DNA of 63,984 bases, filler included, from Octopus bimaculoides (GCF_001194135.2; 6 parts of 6 records of this genome joined end to end with filler, not necessarily neighbours in it); one strand, 5' to 3'; shown: positions 40,800-53,025, counted from the whole stretch's first letter. The notes: generated by a model from the sequence alone, not told the origin. Translations and numbers: made by a program.

Positions 40800-41226
40800 A
40801 TATTGGTTTCAAATTTTGACAGAAGGTCAGCAAGTTTGGCGGGAGGGGAAAATCGATTACATCGACTCTGGTGCTCAATTGGTACTTATTTTATCGATCC
40901 CGAAAAGATAAAAGGCAAAATCGACCTCAGTAGAATTTGAACCCGGAAGGTAAAGACGGACGNNNNNNNNNNNNNNNNNNNNNNNNNNNNNNNNNNNNNN
41001 NNNNNNNNNNNNNNNNNNNNNNNNNNNNNNNNNNNNNNNNNNNNNNNNNNNNNNNNNNNNNNNNNNNNNNNNNNNNNNNNNNNNNNNNNNNNNNNNNNNN
41101 NNNNNNNNNNNNNNNNAAAAGGCAAAATCGACCTCAGTAGAATTTGAACCCGGAAGGTAAAGACGGACGAAATACCGCTAAGCATTTTTGCCCGAGTTGC
41201 TAACGATCTTGCCAGCTCGCCGCCTT
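40800..41226 (-). mobile_element. SINE family B copy split by an assembly gap
   Basis: ggtacttattttatcgatcccgaaaag...aatttgaaccc...ccagctcgccgcctt. Confidence 0.8.
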
Positions 41227-41304
41227 ATCGAAATGAAGCTGAATATAACAGTGCGTGTGTTTGCTTTATTGATTACCATGACTCTATCTCGATGTGCCTT
41301 CGCA

Positions 41305-41640
41305 TTGGTGAAGGCACATGGCTTAGTGGTTAGAGCACCGGACTCACAACAATGAGGTAGTGAGTTCGATTCTTGAATCGGGCTGTGTGTTGCATTCTTG
41401 AACAAGATACTTTATTTCACGTTGTTCCAGTTCACTCAGCTGCAGAAACGAGTTGCGATATCACTGGTACCAAGCTGTATCGGTTTTTCCTTGGATAACA
41501 TCTTTGGTGTGGAGAGGGGAATGGGGCTGATATGCATGGGCGACTACTGGTCTCCCATAAAGTACCTTACTAGGACTTGTGCCTCGGAGGGTAACTTTCT
41601 TGATGCGATCCCATGGTCATTCATGACCGAAGTGGGGTTT
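41305..41640 (+). mobile_element. tRNA-derived SINE (head shared with family C, different tail)
   Basis: A-box TGGCTTAGTGG, B-box GAGTTCGATTC, then ttccagttcactcagctg core. Confidence 0.75.
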
Positions 41641-42249
41641 CACCTTTACTTTACTTTATCCCGATGGAAATAGTTAATCTATTTTATCGGCCCCGGAAAA
41701 GACGACAGGTAAAATCGGCCCCGTGATACTGGAACCCAGAACACAAAAAACAGATGTGAATATATACCGCCATGGCATTCAATTTAGCTTTTTCTTTTCC
41801 TCTACCTTTTTTTTTTATTTGTTTACATGGTTTTCTTGTACATCTGTTGTTTTCGTTTCTGTTTTCTTCATATCCTTCTTCCCCACTCCTCGTCCCTCCC
41901 CCCNNNNNNNNNNNNNNNNNNNNNNNNNNNNNNNNNNNNNNNNNNNNTTAATTAATTAANNNNNNNNNNNNNNNNNNNNNNNNNNNNNNNNNNNNNNNNN
42001 NNNATGCCATCGATCGAGTTTTGTTTTAGCTGTCATCTACTTAGGCTTCTAATCCCATTTTAGTCAAACAACTACGCTTTACTCTTTTACGCTTTTACTT
42101 GTTTCAGTTATTTGACTGCGGCCATGCTGGAGCACCAACAATGCATTGTAAGCATTGCGATAAGAATTATCTGCAGAGTATGCTTCGTCTCTCTGATACC
42201 TTGTTATTATTATTATTATTATTGTTGTTGTTGTTGTTGCTGTTAAAAT

Positions 42250-42440
42250 GGTAAGGTGGCAAAATCGGTAGTACTAGTGACGAAATGTTTAGCGGTTTTT
42301 TGTCCGCCTTTACTTTCTGAGTTTAAATTCCACCGAGGTCGACTCTGCCTTTCATCCTTTCGGGGTCCATAAATTAAGTACCAGTGAAACAGTAGAATCG
42401 ATGTAATCGACTAGTCCCCTTCCCCAAAATTTTCAGGGTC
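42250..42440 (+). mobile_element. SINE family B copy
   Basis: ttctgagtttaaattccaccgaggtcgac..cctttcatcctttcggggtc..taaattaagtaccagt. Confidence 0.8.
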
Positions 42441-42443
<3 letters not shown>

Positions 42444-42510
<67 letters not shown>

Positions 42511-42600
42511 CACCATCATCTTAATCATCAGTCATTATTATTGTTATCATTATTATTATTGTTATCATTATTGTTATCATTATTATTATTATTATTATTA

Positions 42601-42647
<47 letters not shown>
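42444..42647. repeat. (ATT)n microsatellite
   Basis: Direct inspection. Confidence 0.95.
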
Positions 42648-42649
<2 letters not shown>

Positions 42650-42873
42650 ACATTCATAAGGTAGTGGATTAGCAAATGCATCAGACGAAATTCATTACTG
42701 TATTGTAAGACTCCTCATTATGTTCATCCTTCTGCGTTCAGTAGTATGATATAGCAATCGAGAACTAACGTCTACTAACTATGCCCCATCACTGCAAAAC
42801 AATATATATTTGAGTTTATGTATGTGGATGTTGGAAATCATTATTGTTATTGTTGCTGTTATTGTTATTGTAG

Positions 42874-42988
42874 GCAGTGGCTGCTCTATTACACTACTTC
42901 CTTCTGACATCTCTCATGTGGATGGCTGTTATTGTATTTAAAACATATCAGTCACATTTTATCTTGAAGAGTTCAATTTTGGCCTGGG
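42874..42988 (+). CDS. Adhesion-type (7tm_2) GPCR exon, TM3 to start of TM4; may be a pseudogene
   Basis: ttattgtag acceptor and G|GTAAGT donor. Encodes AVAALLHYFLLTSLMWMAVIVFKTYQSHFILKSSILAW(G), which contains the LLHYF..W and WG signatures of adhesion GPCRs. Ends in phase 1, matching the next exon. Confidence 0.8.
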
Positions 42989-43513
42989 GTAAGTAGCTGA
43001 AACGAGATGTAATATTTATATGTACAGAATAAACATAAATTATAAAGAAACAGATTCTCAGGTTCGCCACAGGGCAACATAAGATTACTTTCATTTTCAA
43101 GCATATAGTTTCAGTCTAATCTTATCGCTAGAAAAAAGCTAAGAGTTATTCATTTTGTACTTTCACCCGATGCGGCAAGTAATTTGTGAAGTGGTGCGTG
43201 AGAGCGAGTTGTTGTTGTCTTTATACGATTGTGCAGAAGTTGCAGTAATTTTTAATTTTTGTTCACCTGTGAAACATATCGTTTATAGAATGCACGATAT
43301 ATACTAGTCGTACTGATTTCTAGAAGTGAAAGACGTAATGGTAAAAAGTGACATATGTATACATCAAAATAGATAGTGATTTCTTTTGAACGAGATATTT
43401 TGTCTCGAATAAAACATCGTCAACTAAATCGATCTGAATGTCACATATTTATGATTTTAAATATTGACTAATATCTACATATGTTTCTTCCTTTCTATAA
43501 ATGTCCTTGTCAG

Positions 43514-43592
43514 GTCTTCCAGCTGTCGTTGTCATAATTACTCTGGCAATTAACTACACAAACAATTACATCAGAATTGAACGTGCACAAGT
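43514..43592 (+). CDS. Adhesion-type GPCR exon, TM4-ECL2
   Basis: Polypyrimidine tract + CAG acceptor and GTAAGT donor. The 79 nt encode (G)LPAVVVIITLAINYTNNYIRIERAQ(V), joining the previous exon in frame as AWG-LPAVVV. Confidence 0.85.
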
Positions 43593-44165
43593 GTAAGTAT
43601 TTGTATGCTTTTTTTACCGAATTTTCTCTGCTCTCCACAACTAATATTTTGTGAAATTTCTTTATGATTTGAATAACGAAGNNNNNNNNNNNNNNNNNNN
43701 NNNNNNNNNNNNNNNNNNNNNNNNNNNNNNNNNNNNNNNNNNNNNNNNNNNNNNNNNNNNNNNNNNNNNNNNNNNNNNNNNATATATATATATATATATA
43801 TATATACAGAGAGAGAGAGAGTGAGAGAGAGTGAGAGAGAGAGATAATACACACATGCACACACATATTTGTATATGATGTAAGTTTACGTATAATATAT
43901 CAAACAGTGAAACAGGGCAAAGAAGAGGTATCGGGTCGGATTATTACATATTTGTACGAAAAAAGACTGAGAGACAAACATGGGGTGGGTTCACGTGCCT
44001 CAGAAATAAACCTGGATATCCTTCTGTCAAAGTACCAGGTCCTGACCACTGAGGTACAGACGCTAGGGCATATATGTTTACATAGACAGAGAGGTACACA
44101 CACACACACACACATACACACACAGACGCGCGCGCAAGCATAAGTTTATATTGGCGAATTGGGTA

Positions 44166-44200
<35 letters not shown>

Positions 44201-44204
44201 ACAT

Positions 44205-44380
44205 AAAAAGGTGATTGCTCCATCTTCACAGATGACTGTCGCCTCCTTGTGCTTCCTCTTTGTCAATGGTATTAATGGGTTTCCATTCATGACCTTTCAG
44301 ATGACTATTTAATCTCTCTGCCGATCTGCATTCTTTGGAGCAATGGCAATAGACGAATATTGTACCTTATTGTTCGCGTC
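44205..44380 (+). mobile_element. Possible CR1/L2 RT fragment
   Basis: CSIFTDDCRL (FADD-like) and LSADLHSLEQW; short and degenerate. Confidence 0.4.
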
Positions 44381-44394
44381 CACTCTTCCATCAC

Positions 44395-44572
44395 GGTAGG
44401 ACGGTCAGTAAATTCTCAGCAAAAACTGAATAGTACTGTATTACATCGGGACAGCCTTGCCACACCCTTTGTCACGCTGAATCTCTCTGAGAACTGCGTT
44501 AAGGACACACGTGTCTGTAGAGTGCTCAGCCACTTGCATCCTGATTTCGTGAGCAAGCTGTCCTGTTGATCG
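44395..44572 (+). mobile_element. SINE family C copy
   Basis: gagaactgcgttaaggacacacgtgtctgtagagtgctcagccacttgca. Confidence 0.8.
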
Positions 44573-44904
44573 TATTANNNNNNNNNNNNNNNNNNNNNNN
44601 NNNNNNNNNNNNNNNNNNNNNNNNNNNNNNNNNNNNNNNNNNNNNNNNNNNNNNNNNNNNNNNNNNNNNNNNNNNNNNNNNNNNNNNNNNNNNNNNNNNN
44701 NNNNNNNNNNNNNNNNNNNNNNNNNNNNNNNNNNNNNNNNNNNNNNNNNNNNNNNNNNNNNNNNNNNNNNNNNNNNNNNNNNNNNNNNNNNNNNNNNNNN
44801 NNNNNNNNNNNNNNNNNNNNNNNNNNNNNNNNNNNNNNNNNNNNNNNNNNNNNNNNNNNNNNNNNNNNNNNNNNNNNNNNNNNNNNNNNNNNNNNNNNNN
44901 NNNN

Positions 44905-44932
<28 letters not shown>

Positions 44933-44935
<3 letters not shown>

Positions 44936-45122
44936 TTATATATATGTTAAGGGTATTACTATACATAAATACCTCACGCCAGGAGGGACTCTTAAAGTCA
45001 AAACTACCATATTAAACACATTGTACCGGTACAAGGTGTTTATTATGGTAGTTTTTACTTTAAGAGTCCCTCCTAGCGTGAGTCATTTATGTATAGTAAT
45101 GCCCTTAATATATATATAAATA
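44933..45122. repeat. 190-bp loopless palindrome
   Basis: Two 95-nt arms centred on GTACC|GGTAC (45027/45028); 87 of 95 positions complementary by hand count. Confidence 0.95.
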
Positions 45123-45753
45123 AATATATTTAAAGGGAATAATTAATAAATTTTTCCCTTATGAGGTTTTTCACGCTAACTACTTCATAAATTCTTATAA
45201 AGATTTTATCCTAATTTTAAATCTTATATATTATATATATATATATTATATATGTATATATATAGTATATATATATATAATATATTACACACACACACTC
45301 ACACACACACACACACACACACTCACACACACACACCCACACACACATATATGAATAGAAGCGAATAAGACTTTGTGTCACAAAAGAGGCGGTTAGAGGT
45401 GAAATCTATTGAGAAACCCAATTAAAATTATGCACAATTCATAAAAATGCTTAGTAACTTCGATTGATTGAGAATAGTCAGATCCGGTTGACGGAGGTTT
45501 ATTTTTAAAAACATTATTTACATTTCTTTATTCTTGATGAAAGAACCGAAAGCACACCATCGGTGTAAGTATGAAATATATGACTAGCTCGACATCAGGT
45601 AAGTCTCTAGTTTTTTTTCTCACTCTATTCTTGTCATATGTCACAATTTTGATGTACTAATGGAAAGAGATGTCTTCTATTACGATTGACAGATTGATAT
45701 ATCCTTTACTCCGAAATTTAAGGCCTTGTACCTTTTGTAGAAAGGATTATTAC

Positions 45754-45807
<54 letters not shown>

Positions 45808-45839
45808 TATTATTATTATTATTATTATNNNNNNNNNNA

Positions 45840-45848
45840 ATAATAATA

Positions 45849-45884
<36 letters not shown>

Positions 45885-46385
45885 GCCTTTGCACAGCTTC
45901 TAACGCTGGAGATGTACTAGAGTGTCCGCTGTTCACTACTAGTGCTAATGTAACACCTCTTATTTTTCGAGCACCTTTCGGACTATTCGAGCAGTTCCAA
46001 GAGGTGCTGTTTTCTGCAAGTGCTCCACCCTTATTGCAGCCCATATTTGTTCTACGTACGTCTCGAGATTTTTGCTCACTGTTCCCAGGGCACCCACAAT
46101 TATTGTTACTACTGCTACCTTTTTCATCGACTACAACTGCTTAACTTCCAAGCTAACCTGTCATATCTCTCGACTTTTCTTTCTTCCTTATCGCATACCT
46201 TGTTGTCCGCTGGGCATGCTATGTCTATGATCCGGCATAGTTTGTTGTCTTTCTCAATTAAGACTATGTCTGGCTTCCTATTCTCTATCTCATGGTCGCA
46301 CTGAATCAAAAAATCCCATAGGATCTTTGCATTTCTATTTTCGACGATGCCTTCAGGTGTGTGGTCGTACCAAAAACATTGTTAT
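45840..46385 (-). mobile_element. R4/Dong-like LINE 3' end (restriction-like endonuclease)
   Basis: YDHTPEGIVENRNAKILWDF, IQCDHEIENRKPDIVLIEK..CRIIDIACP, IVGALGTVSK; ends in a (TAA)n tract. Confidence 0.85.
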
Positions 46386-46800
46386 TATCAAATTTATGCA
46401 TTTCTAATCAATTTGCAGATATTTGGTATCGAGTTGCAGATTTTTAACAATGCAGTTGGTGATTATTTGCTTTAGTTCTCGGACAAAATTTACAACTTAG
46501 AATAAAAGAATGAAATTATTATTTCATTCAGAAATTGATGAGCTTTGTTTTTAGTGATGACTTGAAATGGTAAATATTTTTTCTAACTGTATTTGCTTGA
46601 AGAAAACATACTTTTCTTTATATTAAGCAATTCATTATAATTATGTGCCTAAATAAAAACCATCGTTATAGATCAGCATTTCTCAACCTTGGACATTGAA
46701 AAAATTTATTTCGGCTCCCCTGTGTTGATGAAAAATTTAATCCAGCTTCCCATGTATCTGAGCTAGACTGGCCGGCCCATGACAAATCTAACAAAAGGGG

Positions 46801-46970
46801 GGACCCGCAGAACCACCAGCTCACGAACTGCATCTGAAAGTTGGCGCGCCAATCATGCTGCTAAGGAATTTAGATGCTCCAATAATGTGCAATGACACGC
46901 GGATGATTATCAAAAAATTGTGCTCCCGAGTTCTGTAGGCAACAATCTTGAATGAACCGGCCGCTGGGCT
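46801..46970 (+). mobile_element. Helitron PIF1-like helicase fragment 1
   Basis: PPAHELHLKVGAPIMLLRNLDAPIMCNDTRMIIKKL...ATIL. Confidence 0.8.
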
Positions 46971-47602
46971 TAATGATTGTATACTTGTCAAACGATGAAC
47001 GATGATTGCCGATGATATAGTCAGTTTTATTTATTGTAAATTCAGATAACATCAGCAATAATGAACATGAACAAGTTGCATCCTTCGATTTACATAACTT
47101 ACATTGGGAATCTACCTGACTGCGCTGACTACGAAAGTTAGTGAAACACTGAACCTTAACAATGGCATTCTGCGGCTCATATACCGGGTCTAACAAAAGA
47201 ATATAAAAGCAATGATTCGATAATTGTGATGATGATGACGCTGACGACGACGATAAAGACGCTGTTGACGAGGACGAAGATAGTGATGATGATGATGATT
47301 GTGAGGATAGGATGATGATGATGATGAGGAGGAGGAGGAGGAGGATGGTAAGGATTATCAGGATCAAGATGATGATCATTATAATGATGAAGATAAGCTA
47401 TAAATTTTCCAGTGGAGATTTTAAATGCACAAAATCCAAGTTTCGCGTATTATAATGTGCGAACGAAACCTCAGACTCCCGAAGAGTTTACTAAATAGAA
47501 CAGGAGCAACAATTAAAGAAACGTGCACCCATTTTTCTTTATGCAGCAGAAAGATTTACTAGCAACAGTTAAGAAGAAAAAGTCTTCATTTCACGAATTT
47601 AT

Positions 47603-47800
47603 TTGTCACATCGCGAGACAAATCTACTTTTTCAACATAATCGCAGACAGTTCCCCTTCATACTATTCTTTGTTATTATCATAAATAAAATTCATGGTCA
47701 GTGTTTTAACAGAGTGGGAGTACAGCTACGCGAACTCGTATTTAATACTGGGTGGTTACGTGTAGTTCTAAGTAAGACTAAAAATAAAGAGCACCAAGAT
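47603..47800 (+). mobile_element. Helitron PIF1-like helicase fragment 2 (C-terminal motifs)
   Basis: RRQFPFILFFVIIINKIHGQCFNRVGVQLRELVFNTGWLRVVLSK is a degenerate form of RRQFP..LAFAMTINKSQGQ..VG....VF.HGQLYVALSR. Confidence 0.75.
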
Positions 47801-48963
47801 GGACAGTTTTCCCTCCCATGTAACAAGAGCATCTCCTACATGAGGACCGTATATTCACTAAATATGCCCCATAAATGAGTCAATGTAGAATTGTAGACAA
47901 AAATATAAACACAACACACTTCTGAGGGAAAACAAGAAAGGCGGATTGTAAAAAATAACATTTCTATAGTTATATAACCATTATTTTGAGTGTATATTCA
48001 TGGGTTAGTGTACATCGTTTTGTTTCAGTCTATGTTTTGTGCTTTGACTGTGCAGCCATACACATCCTATGCGTGTACATGTACACATACAAACACTACA
48101 CTATACACACGCACACACACACATACACACATACACGCACGCATACATGTATGTGTATATACATGTCCATGCATATACACATAAAAGCCCTAATGTACAC
48201 ATATTTGTGTGCACATTCTGGTCGCATACATCCTATTGTGGAGTTTCACTTATTCAAAAAGTATTTTATATTATCCTTATAATTTGTGGAATTTTACGTA
48301 TCTTGCGCATATATTCTTTTGCATGTCTATTACATATTCTTACTCGTATCTGAATTTGCAAGGTTTTGAGATTGCTGAATGATAAACTGCAAAATTCGGA
48401 CACCAAAACTTTTGACAAATGCTTGTCAACCAGGTACACATACATGTAAATACAAAGTTTTAAGTGCATAAATAAAAAAATTTAAAAAAATAAAAAAATA
48501 AAATTTCGTGTAGTTTAAATATTAATGCAGTTATGCGTGTACAAAAACGTGTTACAATTTTCCCGAAGGTCGAACCCAACAGAGATAATTATACACGAGT
48601 CGTGCATATATAGGCTATCGGTGGTGGTGGTGGTGGGGGTCTGTCTTTGGGTAGATCTTTTTCCTGTGAACCTTCTCCAGTCCTCTCTGTACGAACTAAG
48701 AGACCCACATCCTGCCCTGCCAGCGTTAAGTAGATTACAAGAACAATGGCTACAATGACTAGACTTGGGATGAATATTAGTGGGGTTTCTCGTTGCCTTC
48801 TCAAAACAGGTGGGATTTAACTTCTATATGCAGAGAGCCAGAAAATATACGGTAAACCGTTTCTGCCGACGCACCAACGATTTAGCATTCGTGAGTGCAA
48901 CACTCTAGCCACTGAAGGCATATAGATTGAAAGATAGACTCTGTATGTGTGTATGTATGTGTG

Positions 48964-49002
<39 letters not shown>

Positions 49003-49364
49003 NNNNNNNNNNNNNNNNNNNNNNNNNNNNNNNNNNNNNNNNNNNNNNNNNNNNNNNNNNNNNNNNNNNNNNNNNNNNNNNNNNNNNNNNNNNNNNNNNN
49101 NNNNNNNNNNNNNNNNNNNNNNNNNNNNNNNNNNNNNNNNNNNNNNNNNNNNNNNNNNNNNNNNNNNNNNNNNNNNNNNNNNNNNNNNNNNNNNNNNNNN
49201 NNNNNNNNNNNNNNNNNNNNNNNNNNNNNNNNNNNNNNNNNNNNNNNNNNNNNNNNNNNNNNNNNNNNNNNNNNNNNNNNNNNNNNNNGCTAGCGATCTA
49301 TCCTAACGAAAAAACTTGTGGATTTCAGCAGTCCTACATGGCGAAATCTATATGCATACATACA

Positions 49365-49399
<35 letters not shown>

Positions 49400-49534
49400 G
49401 TGTGTGTGTGTATATATATATATATATCTCTATATGTATATATCTTGTCCCTTGTGTTGTATTGTCCTTTTCTGTTTTGTGTTCTGCTCCTGTGGCTAAT
49501 AACGAAATAACGAAAATATTTTTATTGTGAATGC

Positions 49535-49745
49535 GGTGAAATGACGAGTCTGTTAGCACGTCGGACAAATAGAAGTAGTGACATTTTGTCCGTCTTTACG
49601 GTTTGAGTTCAAAATCGCCGAGTTTGAATTAGTCTTTCATCCTTCTGGGATTGATGAGATGACAATATAGCACTGGGGGTCGAAGTAATTGACAAACACC
49701 TCCCCTAAAATTGCCGGCATTGTGACAAAATTAGAAATAATTATT
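49535..49745 (+). mobile_element. SINE family B copy (diverged)
   Basis: gttagcacgtcggacaaat...gtctttacggtttgagttcaaa...ctttcatccttc...actgggggtcga. Confidence 0.7.
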
Positions 49746-50899
49746 ATTAGGCATCACACATGACATCTAAGCTTGAAATATCGCTGGTAGTTTTCTCTAA
49801 ATTTACTTTCTTTATAGTATTTCCGAGAACTGAAATTGTAACTTTTGTTTTGCGGATGCATCCAGATTTCTACTGAAGATTCTCCAATCTCCAATGATGG
49901 AACTGGCATCAGCTTGTTCCGAGAATTTTTCCCATACATATCTTCTATTAATTTCTTTTCCTAAAAATTTAAATAGAGGAGTATTTTTAGGAGGAAATGT
50001 ATTTGCCTCACCACTTAGGTGGTACTTGAACGACCTGCCATAGTAGTCGGCCATACGAGGCAGTTGCCACTCCCATTGAAATCAGCAAAGAAACGACGAA
50101 CAATAAAACCCACAGCAGTAAATAACATCCGCGACGAAGACAACGACGACGACGACGACGACGATGACAATAACAACAACACTAATATTAGTGTGAACTA
50201 CGACTACTCCAACAACAACAACAACAACAACAACAGAGCTAACTAAACAACAGCAACGATGATAGTGTAATCAGCAGCAGCAATAAAGCTCTCAACAATG
50301 GCGCTGATAGTTTAAGCAGCAACAATAACAACAACAACAGTAACATAGACATCAGCAGCAGGTGCTGCAGTTAAGAAAATAGCAACAGTAACATGAAAAT
50401 AGAGCAATAATCTAATCTACACGGGCAGTAGCAGCAACAGCAGCTACAACAACAACGATGAAAATCTATAAAGAAAAGTCATTCTTCGCGAACGTCACAG
50501 ATCGGGGAAACGTATTATTACTTGAAGAATAAGTGGATATCACTACAAAGCACAGGAAAAATATCGTTCAGCCTGGTGTCATTTCACTCCCAGAAAGGGG
50601 AATGGTGTACACCATGAAAATAACAATAATCTATAAGAGCATCAATCGCCCAGAAACGAAGCTACAATTCCCTTCCCCAACCGAAATAGGAAAAAAAAAT
50701 TGGAAGATGTGTAGCGTTCCGTAGTGTATATCTTCCAAGGAATGCAACAGGGGACCGTGGTGGCCAACTGTAGCAATAAAGTGGATGTGCGTACGATGGA
50801 TGCAACGAACTGCACCTTCCTGCAGTTCGCGATGCTGCCCTTAGATATAGAACGTCATGTGACGAACTCAGGGTCACAAATGTACCCCCTCATAGGGAC

Positions 50900-51150
50900 C
50901 AGGTCAGAGAAATAGCTGCGATAAAGGATCAAGGGGAAATAGCATTAAATCAAACCCCTAACAATATACAAGAGTAATGGCAGTCCAAGTTTTGGTTGTT
51001 TCCAGAAGACGCAGCTAGCATACCAAACTTTTTTTTCTATTTCGGAGATTGCGGGGTAGATGCGGGTGGTCATAAAGGGTAGAAACCCCAGATGTCATAT
51101 TTGTGGCACACTAGATCACCTCAAAGATTTCTACTTCAAAGTGGTGAAAT
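50900..51150 (+). mobile_element. Possible decayed LINE ORF1 with a zinc knuckle
   Basis: VVIKGRNPRCHICGTLDHLK (CX2CX4H, last Cys missing) at about 51067-51125. Confidence 0.35.
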
Positions 51151-51869
51151 TGAAAGGAATGAATCGCCCCGCATCGCTGCTTCAAGCGCAACATCTACTG
51201 CAATTAAAAAGGTGGTAGCAGCACCCACCACAGCAACTATAAACCCAACAGCTTTCACTCAGGGAAAAGCGTGAAACAAGTCTCCTGAACACCTCCACAA
51301 ACCCGACCACCGCTAGCAACAGCAAACGATATGGAAGAAACTAAATGCAAATCCAGTCTACTCTTCGGATATAGAAGTGACCTCGGAAGTCACCAAAGTA
51401 CCCTAGTGGTTAAGGAGGGCTTGTGAAAATACTGACTTGACCCCTAAATCCTCAAAATTTGTGAGCACCAAGTGCAATAAGTTGGAAGACAGAGTGCCTA
51501 GTCTCATAAGCAAAGCGATAGAACAACAAATACAATACCCACAACAATAACAACTTCACCAACAGCAGGCAAACTTTAAAACAGCAACATCAATAACAGA
51601 AACAAACAACATTCTCAACAACAGTGAGAGTCACATCGGATGTTCGATGACTCGTACAAAGGCCTCGAAAAAGTGTTGTTAGACCTGGCCGGTAGGTGGC
51701 TGGTCTTGGATATGAGCAGTAGGGAAGGAAACAGTGGTTAGTGGAGAAGTGCAGCTTAAATTGTCCACGGTTTCAGATCATTAGCTCCTTAGAACTCAAA
51801 CTGGGGACCTTTATAGTTAACATAAACATCTATACATATAAATTTGACACGGGCGATTCTTTCATGCCT

Positions 51870-52620
51870 TGGGATTCACGGTCAAACGGCTGGGTGGAAC
51901 TGTGCGAAAAATTACACAGATGTGTAAAATGATCCGAGCTGGTGTAGACCAGAAGCACACGCATCAATGGCTACAGACCTCAGGGCAAAAGGTAGAGAGG
52001 GAAAGTTTTATCTTGGCTGACCAAGATCAGAGATTATTGACCCGAAACTATCAAGTCAACATGATGAAAAATAATGCAGACTCAAAGTGCCGATACTGCA
52101 ACGAAGGGATGGAAACAGTCGGCCACCTAATCTCTGGATGTAAGGTTTTAGCACCTGTAGAATGCAAATGAAGACATGACAGAGTTGGCCAATATCCACA
52201 TTGGATAATGTGTCGTCATTATAATATTAAATCTGCTGACAAATGGTACAAGCCCCACCCTTAGGCTGTAACTCCCAGTATGTACAGATCGCACCATCAA
52301 GGCAAATAATCCAGATATTGTTGTGAAAGACAAAAGCAATAGAGTATGTTTATTGATTGACATAAGCATACCCTGTGACCATAATATCTCGGCAAAAGAA
52401 TTTGATAAGCATAGAAAATGTAAAGATCTGCTAATCGAAATCGAAAAAATGTGACACCTCAAGACGGTCACAATACCAGTGATTGTAGGAGCACTTGGAA
52501 TGATCAAAAATGGAACTGCAAATTATTTAGGAATGGTCTCTGGCGTACTATACGCGCAGGAAGTGCAGAAGATTTTCTTAACCGGTACATTACACGTGTT
52601 GAGGAGTGCATTGTCGGCAT
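51870..52620 (+). mobile_element. R4/Dong-like LINE 3' portion (CCHC + restriction-like endonuclease)
   Basis: CRYCNEGMETVGHLISGC, RHDRVG, NNPDIVVKDK..CLLIDISIP, IPVIVGALGMI. Confidence 0.9.
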
Positions 52621-53025
52621 AAATTTTCTTTCCTTTTCCCCATTTATTTTATTTGTTTACTTTACTATTTTTTTTTCTTTTTCTCTCTGTCATTACATAC
52701 ATACACATGCACTCCGCATATATGTATAATGTGTGTGTGTGTGTCTGTGTTTGTGCGTGTGTAATCAGGGGCGATTTACGTTCTGTTTATCTTAGACATT
52801 ATCATTCATTAAAGCTATAGCTTATTATGTTTTCCACATTGGATTATCATTGAATTCAGTTTGGAAAGTTTAAATATGAAACTGAAAATGAAATCAAAGA
52901 TAAATCCATCTCATAGAACAGGGGACAATGCTTGTACTACGAAGAAACTTCAATAGAAAAGAAACGACATTGAAGTTTCTGATCTTTTATATTTTCTTCT
53001 TTTACAGATTAATCTACGTCTAAAA

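Noticed and set aside
40916-41170. Duplicated SINE-B segment flanking a gap
   Set aside because: The copies are identical on either side of the Ns, so this is a probable assembly overlap.
48370-48400. LNLQGF resembling the TM7 NSLQG motif
   Set aside because: The flanks are not transmembrane-like and a stop follows.
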